Program-made: the position numbers and the translations under genes | In this document: in pieces, positions 1 through 10,241 of the stretch | Layout: every line of letters begins with the position of its first letter | How positions within the stretch are numbered: the first letter of the stretch is position 1 | The notes under the pieces: model-generated | What the model was told of the DNA's origin: nothing | Databases searched by the model: none | The model's input: only the letters and a program-made list of their open reading frames with translations | NCBI GenBank assembly: GCA_964497085.1 | Contig: CAZCCN010000002.1 | Coordinates: forward strand, 1 to 37,124 | Source: an uncultured Ferruginibacter sp. | Lineage (GTDB): Bacteria; Bacteroidota; Bacteroidia; Chitinophagales; Chitinophagaceae | Direction: 5' to 3' | Length of the DNA: 37,124 nucleotides

Positions 1-1
1 T

Positions 2-211
2 CGAAGAAGAGGCATTGGAAAAACCTTGTTGACAAAAGCATTGACTTTTGCTACCCACGCAGGATACAAGGCAGTCCGGTTGGACACCCTGCACACCATG
101 CTGCCCGCTATGCAATTGTATCAACAGCATGGATTCTATACCATTCCTGCTTATTACCACAATCCCGAATCCACCGCAGTGTTTTTTGAAAAGGAATTAT
201 CATCCGGATGA
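2..211 (+). CDS. GNAT family N-acetyltransferase, C-terminal part (truncated by window edge)
   Basis: Frame is open from base 2: RRRGIGKTLL (acetyl-CoA motif A, R-x-x-G-x-G), then VRLDT...AMQLY..HGF, typical of GNAT C-termini. Confidence 0.85.
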   Translation, partial: RRRGIGKTLLTKALTFATHAGYKAVRLDTLHTMLPAMQLYQQHGFYTIPAYYHNPESTAVFFEKELSSG

Positions 212-700
212 CTTGTTGGGGAAATCAAAAAACAAAAACTTCTTTTTTCCTTTTCTGCAATCCTTCCAGTTGTCCACTTCGATGTCGACGGCAAATATGC
301 CTGCAGTGGGCATGTCGTCTATTCGGACGCCGGCATCCAATTCATTTACAAAATCAGTGATGCCCGGATTATGTGTAAAGATGGCAATGGTGCGCACCTC
401 ATCTTTCAATTGTGATACCACTTCAAAAAGGGTGTCCGCGGGGGCATGGTACAAGTGCGCATCGAATTGTATTTGGTCGCTGGTCATGCCCAAGACTTCG
501 GCAAAGTGCATGCAGGTTTCCCTGGTTCTAACGGCGCTGCTGCTCAACAATACATCAATCGATAGTTTTTTATTGGCCAATTGGTTTGCCATCAGGATGG
601 CTTCTTGGTGACCACGTTCATGCAACGTGCGCTCAATGTCTCTTTGACCAATGTTGGCCCAGCCGCTTTTGGCATGTCGAATGAGGAGCAATGTTTTCAT
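200..700 (-). CDS. sixA: Histidine phosphatase family protein, SixA-like
   Basis: MKTLLLIRHAKS (RH motif), SSAVRTRET, THNPG. Start placed at ATG 700 because the longer ORF overlaps purF. Confidence 0.85.
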   Translation of the reverse strand: MKTLLLIRHAKSGWANIGQRDIERTLHERGHQEAILMANQLANKKLSIDVLLSSSAVRTRETCMHFAEVLGMTSDQIQFDAHLYHAPADTLFEVVSQLKDEVRTIAIFTHNPGITDFVNELDAGVRIDDMPTAGIFAVDIEVDNWKDCRKGKKKFLFFDFPNKSSG

Positions 701-708
701 TTGGTAGA

Positions 709-2556
709 TTAATAACCCCGCGTGTTTTTCCCCTCCAAATAATTCATCAGGGCTTTGTTGCAAACCCTGTTGCCGCCCGGTGTAGGATAGTTGCCGGTAA
801 AATACCAGTCGCCCTTGTTGTTGGGACAGGCTTCATGTAAGGTTTCGATGGTTTGATAAATAACATCCACCGGAATATGAACATCCTCAGGTGTAATGAG
901 TGCCGCTATTTTCTTGGATATTTGTTCCAGGCTGAATGGCTTGTAAATTTGTTTCACCAGGTTTTTGGTATGCAATAGTTTTTGTTCTTCGAGTGATTTG
1001 CATTGTTGAAGCAAATCTGTCAATAAAGATTCTTGTCCGGTTTCGTGTAATAAAGCAATGGCTGCCCTGAATGCCACAAAGTCGCCGAGCTTACTCATAT
1101 CAATTCCATAGCAATCCGGGTACCGAATTTGTGGGGCCGAAGACACAATAATGATTCTTTTGGGTTCCAAACGGTTCAACATTCGGACAATGCTTTCCTT
1201 AAGCGTGGTGCCTCGTACAATGCTGTCGTCAATGACCACCAAGGTGTCTGTTCCTTTTCTGACGGTTCCGTAGGTGATATCGTAGACGTGCTGCACCATT
1301 TCATTGCGGCTGGCATCTTCAGTGATGAAGGTGCGGAGCTTCACATCTTTGATTGCAATTTTTTCAATTCGAATTCTTCGGTTAATCATTTCCGAAAGCT
1401 TCTCTTCATCAAAGTCTTTGTTCCAGCTTTGTATTCTCTCAATTTTAATTTTATTCAGATACTCTTCTGCGCCTTTGATCAACCCATAGAAAGCGGTTTC
1501 GGCTGTATTGGGAATAAATGAAAAAATGGTGTTTTTTAAATCGTAGTCAACGGCCTTGAGTACCACATCGCTCAAGTTCCTTCCCAGGGCAATGCGCTCC
1601 CTGTAAATTTTTTCATCACTCCCCCGGCTAAAATAGATGCGTTCAAAGCTGCAAGCTTTTCTTTCTTTGGCGGGGACCACTTCTGTGATGTGGTAACTGC
1701 CGTCAGCCTTCATGATGAGGGCGGTGCCCGGCATCAATTCGTGCACTTCGTTCTCTTTCACATGGAATGCGGTCCGGATGGCGGCCCTTTCACTGGCAGC
1801 CACCATTACTTCCTCGTTGATGTAATAGTAAGAAGGCCGAATGCCGTGTGCATCCCTTACTACAAACGCATCGCCATTGCCGGCCATGCCTGCAATGTGA
1901 AAGCCACCATCAAAAAGCGGTACTGCTTTTTTCAATACAGCTTCTATTTCCAAGGACTCAGGAGACTGCTCATCTGCAGCTACCAAATAATGATGAATCA
2001 CTTCCATCATAGCGGCCAAATCACTTTGTTTTTGAAAAGCATCTGGCGACATGTTTATTTTTTCAAAAAGTTCTTCCGTGTTAACCAGGTTAAAGTTTCC
2101 TGCCAAGGCGAGGTTTCTGGCGGGAATGATGTTTTTCTTAATAAATGGATGACAAAATCCCACATCGTTTTTTCCCTGTGTGCCATACCGAAGATGACCC
2201 AGCAGGATTTCGCCCATCATTTCCAAATGACCTTTCATCAATCCGGGATGTTGTTTGATATCAGGCTGTAATTTTTCTACCGCGGCTATTTCTTTCCCGA
2301 TGGTATCAAAAAGATCGGCGATGGGTTGGCTGGCATTGCTTCGAATCCGGTACAAGAAAGGATAGCCGGGCTCTGTATCCAATTTGAGCGTAGCGATTCC
2401 TGCGCCATCTTGTCCGCGATTGTGTTGTTTCTCCATGAGGAGGTACAACTTGTTGAGTCCGTAAAGTGCTGATTGGTATTGTTGCTGGTAGTAACTAAAA
2501 GGTTTGCGAAGCCGAATGAAAGCTAGGCCACATTCGTGCTTGATTTGATCGCTCAT
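709..2556 (-). CDS. purF: Amidophosphoribosyltransferase (Ntn glutaminase plus PRTase)
   Basis: N-terminal MSDQIKHE-CG propeptide and catalytic Cys, QHNRGQDGAG, GHLRYGT, PRPP-binding VVIDDSIVRGTT, YGIDM. Confidence 0.95.
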   Translation of the reverse strand: MSDQIKHECGLAFIRLRKPFSYYQQQYQSALYGLNKLYLLMEKQHNRGQDGAGIATLKLDTEPGYPFLYRIRSNASQPIADLFDTIGKEIAAVEKLQPDIKQHPGLMKGHLEMMGEILLGHLRYGTQGKNDVGFCHPFIKKNIIPARNLALAGNFNLVNTEELFEKINMSPDAFQKQSDLAAMMEVIHHYLVAADEQSPESLEIEAVLKKAVPLFDGGFHIAGMAGNGDAFVVRDAHGIRPSYYYINEEVMVAASERAAIRTAFHVKENEVHELMPGTALIMKADGSYHITEVVPAKERKACSFERIYFSRGSDEKIYRERIALGRNLSDVVLKAVDYDLKNTIFSFIPNTAETAFYGLIKGAEEYLNKIKIERIQSWNKDFDEEKLSEMINRRIRIEKIAIKDVKLRTFITEDASRNEMVQHVYDITYGTVRKGTDTLVVIDDSIVRGTTLKESIVRMLNRLEPKRIIIVSSAPQIRYPDCYGIDMSKLGDFVAFRAAIALLHETGQESLLTDLLQQCKSLEEQKLLHTKNLVKQIYKPFSLEQISKKIAALITPEDVHIPVDVIYQTIETLHEACPNNKGDWYFTGNYPTPGGNRVCNKALMNYLEGKNTRGY

Positions 2557-2656
2557 GGGGAAACCATCCGGTGTTGAGCCGTAAAATTAAAACATCGGCA
2601 CAGCCTAAACAAAATTCATTTGATTTTCTTCGACTACCCCAACAAAAGAACAACCT

Positions 2657-3379
2657 TTATAAGCCGCTTATGCTAATTCCTATTTGCAATAAGTTCATTT
2701 TGGCAGCTACGTTGTCCTTGAAAACGGCAGCAAAGTTGTAGGTGCCGAAAAGGCTAACAGGACCATACCCCACCCGGGCGGTAGCAGCCAGTCGGGTGTT
2801 GTTGAAATATGATGTGGAGCTGATTTTCTGGGTATATCCAATGGTGGACGTACCGGCTGCGTTTTGGAAATTTTTTCCCTTGGTATGCGCATTCAAGATG
2901 GTTCCAACTTTCACCCCAATGGCAGCCTTGAAGCTTTTATTGGGCTTGTCGGGATGGGCAGTATACCTAAGTTCAACAGGGATTTCAGCATAGGCGGTAC
3001 TTACTTTGTATTTTTTAAAACGGCTCAGGGTGTCCAGTGCGTTGAAATGCAAAACAGGCGTTGTGCCATTGATATCAATTGAGGTTTTTTCAAAAAAGAT
3101 ATGACTGGTTCCCACTCCAATTCCAAAAGCTGCACTCAGCTTGGGATTGCTTTTGAAGGGCTTATTGATCATCACATATACACCGGCACTTCTGGAAAAG
3201 CCCTTTGTATGGTTGCTGATGCTGTCCGGCATATTCAACCACCTGTCTGAGCCAATCTGTAACATAAAATGGTCACCGGCCTGACCCGACAAATCCATTT
3301 TTTTAGGTGCTTTGGAATCTTGGGCAAACGAACTGCCAATAATTGCAAATGCCATCAATAAAGCAAGTGTTTTTTTCAT
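2657..3379 (-). CDS. Outer-membrane beta-barrel (porin-family) protein
   Basis: Signal peptide MKKTLALLMAFAIIGSSFAQ, alternating amphipathic strands, EIPVELRY motif typical of Bacteroidota OMP beta-barrels, C-terminal strand LQIGISISGL. Confidence 0.7.
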   Translation of the reverse strand: MKKTLALLMAFAIIGSSFAQDSKAPKKMDLSGQAGDHFMLQIGSDRWLNMPDSISNHTKGFSRSAGVYVMINKPFKSNPKLSAAFGIGVGTSHIFFEKTSIDINGTTPVLHFNALDTLSRFKKYKVSTAYAEIPVELRYTAHPDKPNKSFKAAIGVKVGTILNAHTKGKNFQNAAGTSTIGYTQKISSTSYFNNTRLAATARVGYGPVSLFGTYNFAAVFKDNVAAKMNLLQIGISISGL

Positions 3380-3619
3380 AATGAATGTGCGGCAATCATC
3401 CCTGCCGGTGCGGTTGGTGATCAATGAATAGGTAACAAAGGTACCACCTAAGTTTCATATTTAATCAAGGTGCAGGTTTTCAGCCCACTGCGCCAATATT
3501 TTTGTTCAAATATTAACAATAAAGCTTTTTTTATTACATTTGAAATGACCGTTTCTGTGCTTCCAATCGATTGACATTTCTGTTGGGCCCATCCGGTTTT
3601 TATATCTAAATACCATCAC

Positions 3620-6600
3620 ATGAAAAGAATTTTACGTCTTCGTGCCTTATTGTTTTTCTCTTTTTTGGTTGGAATGGCAAAGTTTACCATCGCACAAACT
3701 ACCGAAACCATTACCACTAGTACTGCGTCCTGGACTGTTCCGGCTGGGGTAACATCTATCGATATCAAAGCCTGGGGCGGCGGCGGCGGTGGTGGTGCAA
3801 GCCGAAACAATAACATTGGCGGGTCTGGCGGTGGCGCAGGCGGTTATGTTTCCTACACCGGGTTATCCGTTTTCCCGGGAGAAACCTTCACTATTAATAT
3901 TGGTGCGGGTGGTACAGCTGGGGCTACTACCAATACCCTTCCTCCCGGCGGAACAGGTGGCACAACAACCTTTATCAGAAACAGTTCTACCCTGACGCTT
4001 ATAACGGCTAATGGCGGAACAGGTGGCGCTAGTACAGGCTCTACAGCTGGCACAGGCGGTTCGGGATCGGTTGATGTAAGCCTTACCGGAGCAACCATTA
4101 CTGCAGGTGCAAATGGCTCTTCAGGTGGATCAACGAGTGGTGCTGCGGGAGGTACCAATTCAGCAGTTGGTAGTGGCGCAGGCGGCGCGGCTGTTACCTC
4201 AAATTCTCCTGGCTCTGCTGGAGCAGCACCTGGCGGCGGTGGCGGTGGTGGATACAGAACTGCGAACAGTCAAATTGGTGGCGCAGGCGGCGCAGGCAGG
4301 GTGTTGATTACTTATACGATTCCAGCTTGTTCAGGAACGCCTACACCAGGTAACACGTTGGCTTCTGTTAATCCCGTGGTTTCAGGTAATACCACTGTGC
4401 TTTCATTACAAACGCCTTCCGGAGCGGGGGTAACCTATCAATGGTATTCTTCTTCGGATAACAGCAATTGGACGGCTATCCCTGCTGCCAATGCTGATAC
4501 TTATACAGCTACGATTACCGCTAATACTTACTTTAAGTGCGTGGTTAGTTGTGCTGGAAATGACGGTACATCCAATTCAATATTGGTACAAACGATGCTA
4601 ACCTATTGTGCCCCAACCGGCAATATCGATTGTTCGTTAAATGATCATATCACCAATATCACTTTCAATACGATTAATAACAGTTCAACCTGTGGGGCAG
4701 GCGGCTATACACTTTATCCTACTTCAGGCACACAAACCACAACGGTAACCGGGGGTTCTTCTTATAACTTATCTCTCACATCTGGCAACGGTACTGGTAC
4801 TCATGGAGCCGGTGCTTGGATTGATTTTAATGCAGATGGTGATTTTGCAGATGCAGGCGAATTCTTTTTAATTAGCAACGCGATAACAAGAAACTCCACC
4901 ACCACTATTTCTATACCCATTCCTTCTTCGGCAACAGCGGGTTTCACCAGAATGCGAATCAGGTATGCTTATAGCACAACCGTTGACGCGACTATGAGTT
5001 GCACGATGGCAGGAACATACGGAGAAACCGAAGATTATACCATCAAAATATTGGCAGCCCCTGCTTGCACATCGACGCCTACTCCGGGCAATACCATTGC
5101 AGACGTATCGAGCGTGTGCGGATCGGGCACAGTGAATTTATCGCTTCAAAATCAAACCACAGGCAGCGGCGTTACTTATCAATGGCAATCATCTGCAGAC
5201 AATACCAGCTGGTCTAATGTGAGCGGTACCAGTTCGACTTATTCCGCCACTGTTTCCAGTGATACGTATTTTCAATGTTTGGTCACCTGTTCCGGGTTCA
5301 CTGCAGCATCTTCTGCGCCCAAACTTATTATTGCAGCGACACCTGCCGTATTGAGCACGACGCCCGCCACCAGGTGTGGAACTGGAGTTGTGACTTTAAA
5401 TGGTACCGCTTCTGCCGGCACTACTCTTAGTTGGTACGATGTGGCAACGGGTGGAACGCCTTTGGCTACCGGCAATAGCTACACGACGCCAGTGTTGAGT
5501 GCTACCAAAGATTATTATGTTGAATCAAGTGTGGCAGGCCCTACTGTCGCTACCGGCAAACCTTTTCCAGCTTCAAGTGAAACCACTTTCACTACTACAG
5601 ATTGGGGAATTGTTTTTGATGTTACCAAGCAAGTAATGTTGAAAAGCGTAGACTTGTACTCTACTTCTGCGGGAACAGTGGATATTAAAATCATGGATGC
5701 CGCCATGACCACCGAATTGTTTTCTACAGGCAACGTATCCTTGTCCAATGGGGGCACTACTACGCCCAATGTTGTTCCTTTAAATTACACCATTCCTGTA
5801 GGCACAGGTTATCGCATGTTGGTAAAGGCATATTCTGGGGTAAATCTTGTGAGAGGTTCTTCAGGGGTTGCTTTTCCTTATAATTCTTCCTCGGTAAATG
5901 TTACTTCTTCTGAATGGGGCGGAACGACTACTGGTACGTATTATTGGTTCTACAATCTAAAGTATGTTGATCAATGTGTATCAGCACGGACAACTGTTAC
6001 TGCAACCGTGAATAACCCACCGGCCTTTTCTTTGAATGGATCATCTGTCTCTACTTGCAGCGGATCAGCAACCAGTGCAGTTACCGTAACAGCCGGCGGT
6101 TCGGATTATGATACGTATTCTTGGTCCCCATCAACTGGTGTAGCTGGAGATGCAGTGAATGGTTGGACATTCAGCCCAACAGTTACTACTACATATAATT
6201 TAACAGCTTCTCAATCATCGGGAAGCCAGTGTGCCAATACGGCTTCTGTAGCAGTAACAGTGAAACCACTACCTGCCGCGGTTACCATTACGCCCAATGC
6301 AGCAACAGTTTGCCCGAATGTGATACAATCTCTTGTGACCAATGGAGGAACAATCAACGGTACTTTACTAAACGAATCGTTTGCTACCTCTTCCTTACCT
6401 AGTCCTTGGCAAACCGTTATTGGAGCAGGAGATGCTTTGGGTACCAGCAACACAGCCAATGCAGGGGGCGCTGCTTATGAAATGAAGTTTACTGGTAATA
6501 GCCAATCAACCAGTCTAACAGATCGTTTATATGCTGGTCCAATCAACACATCCGGATATACATCCTTGACATTATCTTGGAAAAACTTTCTAGATCATTA

Positions 6601-7594
6601 TTCAAGCACGTATGCGTATGCTGTTGCAGTTGAAACCAGTTCGGATGGCATCAACTGGAATCCAACTACCTGGATTACCAATCCTGTTACCGCCGATCAG
6701 CTGGCATCCACGCAGACTTTATCCATTAATACTGCAGATGTGGGATCTTCAACATTTTATGTTTCATTTAAAATGTCAGGATTAACTTTTGGCGCATATT
6801 ATTGGTATATAGACGATGTATTGCTCACCGGATCGGCCACTTCAACCATTTCCTGGTCACCCACGGCCAGTTTGTTTACCGATGCGGCTGCCACCATTCC
6901 ATATACAGGCAATCCAACTACTGTGTATGCACAAACTGCGAGTACCCAAACGTATACTGCAACGGCTACAGGCACAAATGGCTGTACCACCAGTTCAGAT
7001 GTAACCGTTACCGTTAGTTGTGCGCTGCCTGTCACCATTACCCGATTCACCGGTGCCAAAGAAGGCAATAAAAATGTGTTGCGTTGGATTACTTCTTCCG
7101 AAAGCAACAACAACGGATTTGAGATACAGCGCTCCACAGACGGGGTGCAGTACACCACCATCGGTTTTGTGCAATCATTGGCCATTGGGGGCAACAGCGC
7201 TTCTGACCTGAATTATTTGTATGCCGATAATAGCTACACAGGTACGGTACAATATTATCGTCTGCGACAGGTAGACAACGATGGTCGCAGCCAGTTGAGC
7301 AATGTGGTTACCATACGCGACAACCATCCAATGGCATTGTCGATAGCGGATGTGTATCCGAATCCGGCCAGCGCTTTGGTAAACGTAGTAATCACAGCGC
7401 CTGCCAGCGATAAAGTACAGGCATTGATTACCGATGTGTTCGGCAATGTGGTGGCCAGCAAACAGGTAATGGTACAAAAGGGCAACAATCTTGTCACATT
7501 CAACATTGGTGAATTGGCAGCGGGTAGTTATTTTGTCAAACTGATCTGCAATAACAATTGTCCAAAAGCAGTTGCCAAATTTGTGAAAAAATAA
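3620..7594 (+). CDS. T9SS type A sorting-domain protein: Gly-rich domain, GEVED domain, Ig-like repeats, jelly-roll domain (putative adhesin)
   Basis: Signal peptide; WTVPAGVTSI..AWGGGGGGG Gly-rich domain; WIDFNADGDF...GETEDY (GEVED); SWYDVATGGTPLATGNSYTTP (Ig-like); LPV...NNGFEIQRS...YYRLRQVDNDG; C-terminal VYPNPA...GSYFVKL...KFVKK. Confidence 0.9.
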   Translation: MKRILRLRALLFFSFLVGMAKFTIAQTTETITTSTASWTVPAGVTSIDIKAWGGGGGGGASRNNNIGGSGGGAGGYVSYTGLSVFPGETFTINIGAGGTAGATTNTLPPGGTGGTTTFIRNSSTLTLITANGGTGGASTGSTAGTGGSGSVDVSLTGATITAGANGSSGGSTSGAAGGTNSAVGSGAGGAAVTSNSPGSAGAAPGGGGGGGYRTANSQIGGAGGAGRVLITYTIPACSGTPTPGNTLASVNPVVSGNTTVLSLQTPSGAGVTYQWYSSSDNSNWTAIPAANADTYTATITANTYFKCVVSCAGNDGTSNSILVQTMLTYCAPTGNIDCSLNDHITNITFNTINNSSTCGAGGYTLYPTSGTQTTTVTGGSSYNLSLTSGNGTGTHGAGAWIDFNADGDFADAGEFFLISNAITRNSTTTISIPIPSSATAGFTRMRIRYAYSTTVDATMSCTMAGTYGETEDYTIKILAAPACTSTPTPGNTIADVSSVCGSGTVNLSLQNQTTGSGVTYQWQSSADNTSWSNVSGTSSTYSATVSSDTYFQCLVTCSGFTAASSAPKLIIAATPAVLSTTPATRCGTGVVTLNGTASAGTTLSWYDVATGGTPLATGNSYTTPVLSATKDYYVESSVAGPTVATGKPFPASSETTFTTTDWGIVFDVTKQVMLKSVDLYSTSAGTVDIKIMDAAMTTELFSTGNVSLSNGGTTTPNVVPLNYTIPVGTGYRMLVKAYSGVNLVRGSSGVAFPYNSSSVNVTSSEWGGTTTGTYYWFYNLKYVDQCVSARTTVTATVNNPPAFSLNGSSVSTCSGSATSAVTVTAGGSDYDTYSWSPSTGVAGDAVNGWTFSPTVTTTYNLTASQSSGSQCANTASVAVTVKPLPAAVTITPNAATVCPNVIQSLVTNGGTINGTLLNESFATSSLPSPWQTVIGAGDALGTSNTANAGGAAYEMKFTGNSQSTSLTDRLYAGPINTSGYTSLTLSWKNFLDHYSSTYAYAVAVETSSDGINWNPTTWITNPVTADQLASTQTLSINTADVGSSTFYVSFKMSGLTFGAYYWYIDDVLLTGSATSTISWSPTASLFTDAAATIPYTGNPTTVYAQTASTQTYTATATGTNGCTTSSDVTVTVSCALPVTITRFTGAKEGNKNVLRWITSSESNNNGFEIQRSTDGVQYTTIGFVQSLAIGGNSASDLNYLYADNSYTGTVQYYRLRQVDNDGRSQLSNVVTIRDNHPMALSIADVYPNPASALVNVVITAPASDKVQALITDVFGNVVASKQVMVQKGNNLVTFNIGELAAGSYFVKLICNNNCPKAVAKFVKK

Positions 7595-7613
7595 ACCAAT
7601 CTCTTTTAAGTCC

Positions 7614-7647
7614 AAAAAGTCCGTTCAGCAATGAGCGGACTTTTTTT
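7614..7647. terminator. Bidirectional intrinsic terminator
   Basis: AAAAAGTCCGTTCA-GCAA-TGAGCGGACTTTTTTT between convergent genes. Confidence 0.85.
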
Positions 7648-7662
7648 ATGTTTACGGGAATG

Positions 7663-8850
7663 CTAGGATGATATTTTAGTGTACAATTCTTTGAATTGTT
7701 GGCCAACGGTTTCATAGGAAAAGCGTTGGCGGGTTCGTTCGGCCATGGTTTGCCTATCAATTGAATCCTTGTTTTCAATTAAATACATCATTTGGCTGGC
7801 GAGCATATTTGAATCATTCACACCTGCAAACAGGGCCGTCTGGTTTTCGATGCAGTATTCTCTAAAGGTTGGCAAATCACTTACAATGGCGGGTATGCCG
7901 CAGGCATTGGCTTCAATCACCACACATCCGAATGTTTCGTATTGTGAATACAAGACCAAGGCGTCTGCCTCTTGCATGTGCTTTACTAAATTTGTTTGAG
8001 GCATCTCACCCAATACACGAATGTTTTCTGTCAAATCCATTTCCAGCACCAGCGATTGCACCGCCCCCTGATTGCTTACCACAAAAACCGCCTCAAATGC
8101 AATACCATTGGCTTTGACTTTTTGAAAAGCAGCCATGATTTGTTGTATGTTTTTTTCTTCGCCACCGCCGGACACATGGATGAAACAGGCAACAGGATTC
8201 GGATTTTTGTGTATGGGTCGAAAAATAGTTGTATTCACCACGTTAGGAATCACCTGAAATGCTCGGATGTTCATTTGTTCAATAAGGGCCCTTCCTAAAT
8301 AATTAGAAACCGTTGTGACGGCAGCCGCCTTTTGATACAGCTTTTTCAATACAGACTGCTCCCATCCGCTTAATCGCTTGAGGCCTGTTCTTGCTTTGGA
8401 CAGATAACCGCTCCAATGCTCACTGATGATTACCGGAAGGCCATATTTTCTTTTGACCCAAAGAGCGATTCCTGCCACTTTGTGAGCAACATGCACGTGA
8501 ACAACCGATGGCTTTCCATGTGCTGCAATCAATGCTGTCAAATACTTTCGATACAATTGACGATATGACAAAAAGGAAAACAGTTTGTCCAAGATCTGAA
8601 TACCGGTTTCAAGCGGCTGATAGTACACAATAATTTCTGTTGGTTTCCCTTCAACCTGCTTAACCTCTCCCGATGGTGCGGGGGACAAGCGACTATCAGC
8701 TTTTTGAACATGAACCACCACAACCTGCTGATAGATGGCTACGGCCTCTGCATGCCGTTTGATAAAATCACCGGCATAAGGTGTCACGTTGTTTGGATAC
8801 CAGCTGGGAAGCCACAAAGCGTATGTATGTGTTTCTTTATTTTGAATCAC
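7663..8850 (-). CDS. Glycosyltransferase family 4 (GT-B)
   Basis: WLPSWYP, ISEHWSGY, VIPNVV, ETFGCVVIEANACGIP (E-x7-E motif). Confidence 0.9.
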   Translation of the reverse strand: MIQNKETHTYALWLPSWYPNNVTPYAGDFIKRHAEAVAIYQQVVVVHVQKADSRLSPAPSGEVKQVEGKPTEIIVYYQPLETGIQILDKLFSFLSYRQLYRKYLTALIAAHGKPSVVHVHVAHKVAGIALWVKRKYGLPVIISEHWSGYLSKARTGLKRLSGWEQSVLKKLYQKAAAVTTVSNYLGRALIEQMNIRAFQVIPNVVNTTIFRPIHKNPNPVACFIHVSGGGEEKNIQQIMAAFQKVKANGIAFEAVFVVSNQGAVQSLVLEMDLTENIRVLGEMPQTNLVKHMQEADALVLYSQYETFGCVVIEANACGIPAIVSDLPTFREYCIENQTALFAGVNDSNMLASQMMYLIENKDSIDRQTMAERTRQRFSYETVGQQFKELYTKISS

Positions 8851-10150
8851 GGAGTGTATCGGTTTCTTTTTTTAAGATTTGTCCAATGAAGCCTATGTCT
8901 TTTTTATTCATTATTAAAAAATTCCCAATGCCTACCTGGTGTTCTTTCGAATACACACTAATCACATAAAAGAAATAGGACATGTATCCTAAGCTGCTAA
9001 TCATCGCCGCCCCGTTGATTCCCCAAACAGGAATGGCAAGAAAATCGCCCGTAACAATCACGACCAGTGCGATGAGTGCGCCTTTTAGGTTCACGATTAC
9101 CCTTCCGCTTCCTGCAAAATAAGCAGTGAGCGAAAACAGAGCGGAAAAGAAAAGAACGCCCGGAATGTAAAAGAGGAAGGAATTATACATCTGGGTAAAT
9201 TCCTCACCAAACACCCAAGGAAATAGCCATTTGCCTGTTGCGGCTAATACCAGACAGCCCGCCAAATAAAGCGTGAAGAGCAACCTGGACAACAAGGCGA
9301 TCATTTCTTTTGTTTGCGTTTTGTTGTCACTAGCAGTTAATGGAAATACAACCCCCGCCAAGACGCCTGGCAATATAAAAAATAGCTGTACAAGCTTAGA
9401 AACCTGAATATAATTCCCCAATGCAGAGAGTGAACAGTATTGATGTACAAACCAATAATCCAATCGATAACATGCAAACATGGCTACGTTGCAGACAAAT
9501 ACTACCACTAGGTAATGAATAATTTTTTTGATTTCTGCTGAATTTGGAAGCGACCATTCCGCACCCCTCATCCCTTGTCCTAACAAGACCCACAACATGA
9601 TAATCCCTTGAATCAAGAAACTTCCAAAATACAAGGCCCAAAACTGTGGCGCTGAAATCCAGTTTGATGTATGGATACATGCAATAGCCATCATCAGTAA
9701 GACATTGATCACTACACCAACAAGGCCGGGTGTTTTAAAATCTTTTTCAGCAGAGTAGAAGCTGCTCATAAACCCCACCATTAGGTTACCCACAATAAAC
9801 ATCGATCCATGCAGCCACAAATAACCGTTTCTGTTTTCGGATTGACTTAATGCAGTAAAACATCCAACCAGCCCTAACAGCATGAAGCCAATCAATATCC
9901 AAAGCAAAGACAAGCCGAATAGTTTATGGGATGAGATTTCTATGTTGGAGCTGAAATAGACGATGGCCGATTCGTAACTTCCGCTTAATACAAGGGTTGC
10001 GAAAGAAAACATTGCCATCGTGTAGTAATTTATACCACTGCCTTCAGGACCAAAGTGTCGGGCAATCAAAATGTTTACCATAAAACCCGAAAGAAAAAAC
10101 AATCCCCTCCATAGAATATGCTGAACGAAGTATGTGGAATGATTCCTCAT
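8837..10150 (-). CDS. Polysaccharide flippase (Wzx/MOP superfamily)
   Basis: About 12 hydrophobic segments, ILIARHFGPEGSG, YRLDYWFV, LGNY, WGINGAAMISSLGY; overlaps the GT4 start by 14 bp. Confidence 0.8.
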   Translation of the reverse strand: MRNHSTYFVQHILWRGLFFLSGFMVNILIARHFGPEGSGINYYTMAMFSFATLVLSGSYESAIVYFSSNIEISSHKLFGLSLLWILIGFMLLGLVGCFTALSQSENRNGYLWLHGSMFIVGNLMVGFMSSFYSAEKDFKTPGLVGVVINVLLMMAIACIHTSNWISAPQFWALYFGSFLIQGIIMLWVLLGQGMRGAEWSLPNSAEIKKIIHYLVVVFVCNVAMFACYRLDYWFVHQYCSLSALGNYIQVSKLVQLFFILPGVLAGVVFPLTASDNKTQTKEMIALLSRLLFTLYLAGCLVLAATGKWLFPWVFGEEFTQMYNSFLFYIPGVLFFSALFSLTAYFAGSGRVIVNLKGALIALVVIVTGDFLAIPVWGINGAAMISSLGYMSYFFYVISVYSKEHQVGIGNFLIMNKKDIGFIGQILKKETDTLRDSK

Positions 10151-10205
10151 GATGGTATGGAAAAATACATTAAAAAACCTTGACTTTTGTTTCTATCTAA
10201 TGACA

Positions 10206-10239
10206 ACAAAAAATCCCCGGTGTGTTCCGAGGATTTGTT
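10206..10239 (-). terminator. Intrinsic terminator after the tRNA
   Basis: Minus strand AAATCCTCGG-AACACA-CCGGGGATTT followed by a T-run. Confidence 0.75.
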
Positions 10240-10241
10240 AG

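Noticed and set aside
3584-3597. TGGGCCC match to the tRNA 3' end as a possible att site bounding an island from 3.6 to 10.2 kb
   Set aside because: Only 7 bp, expected by chance, and no integrase is present
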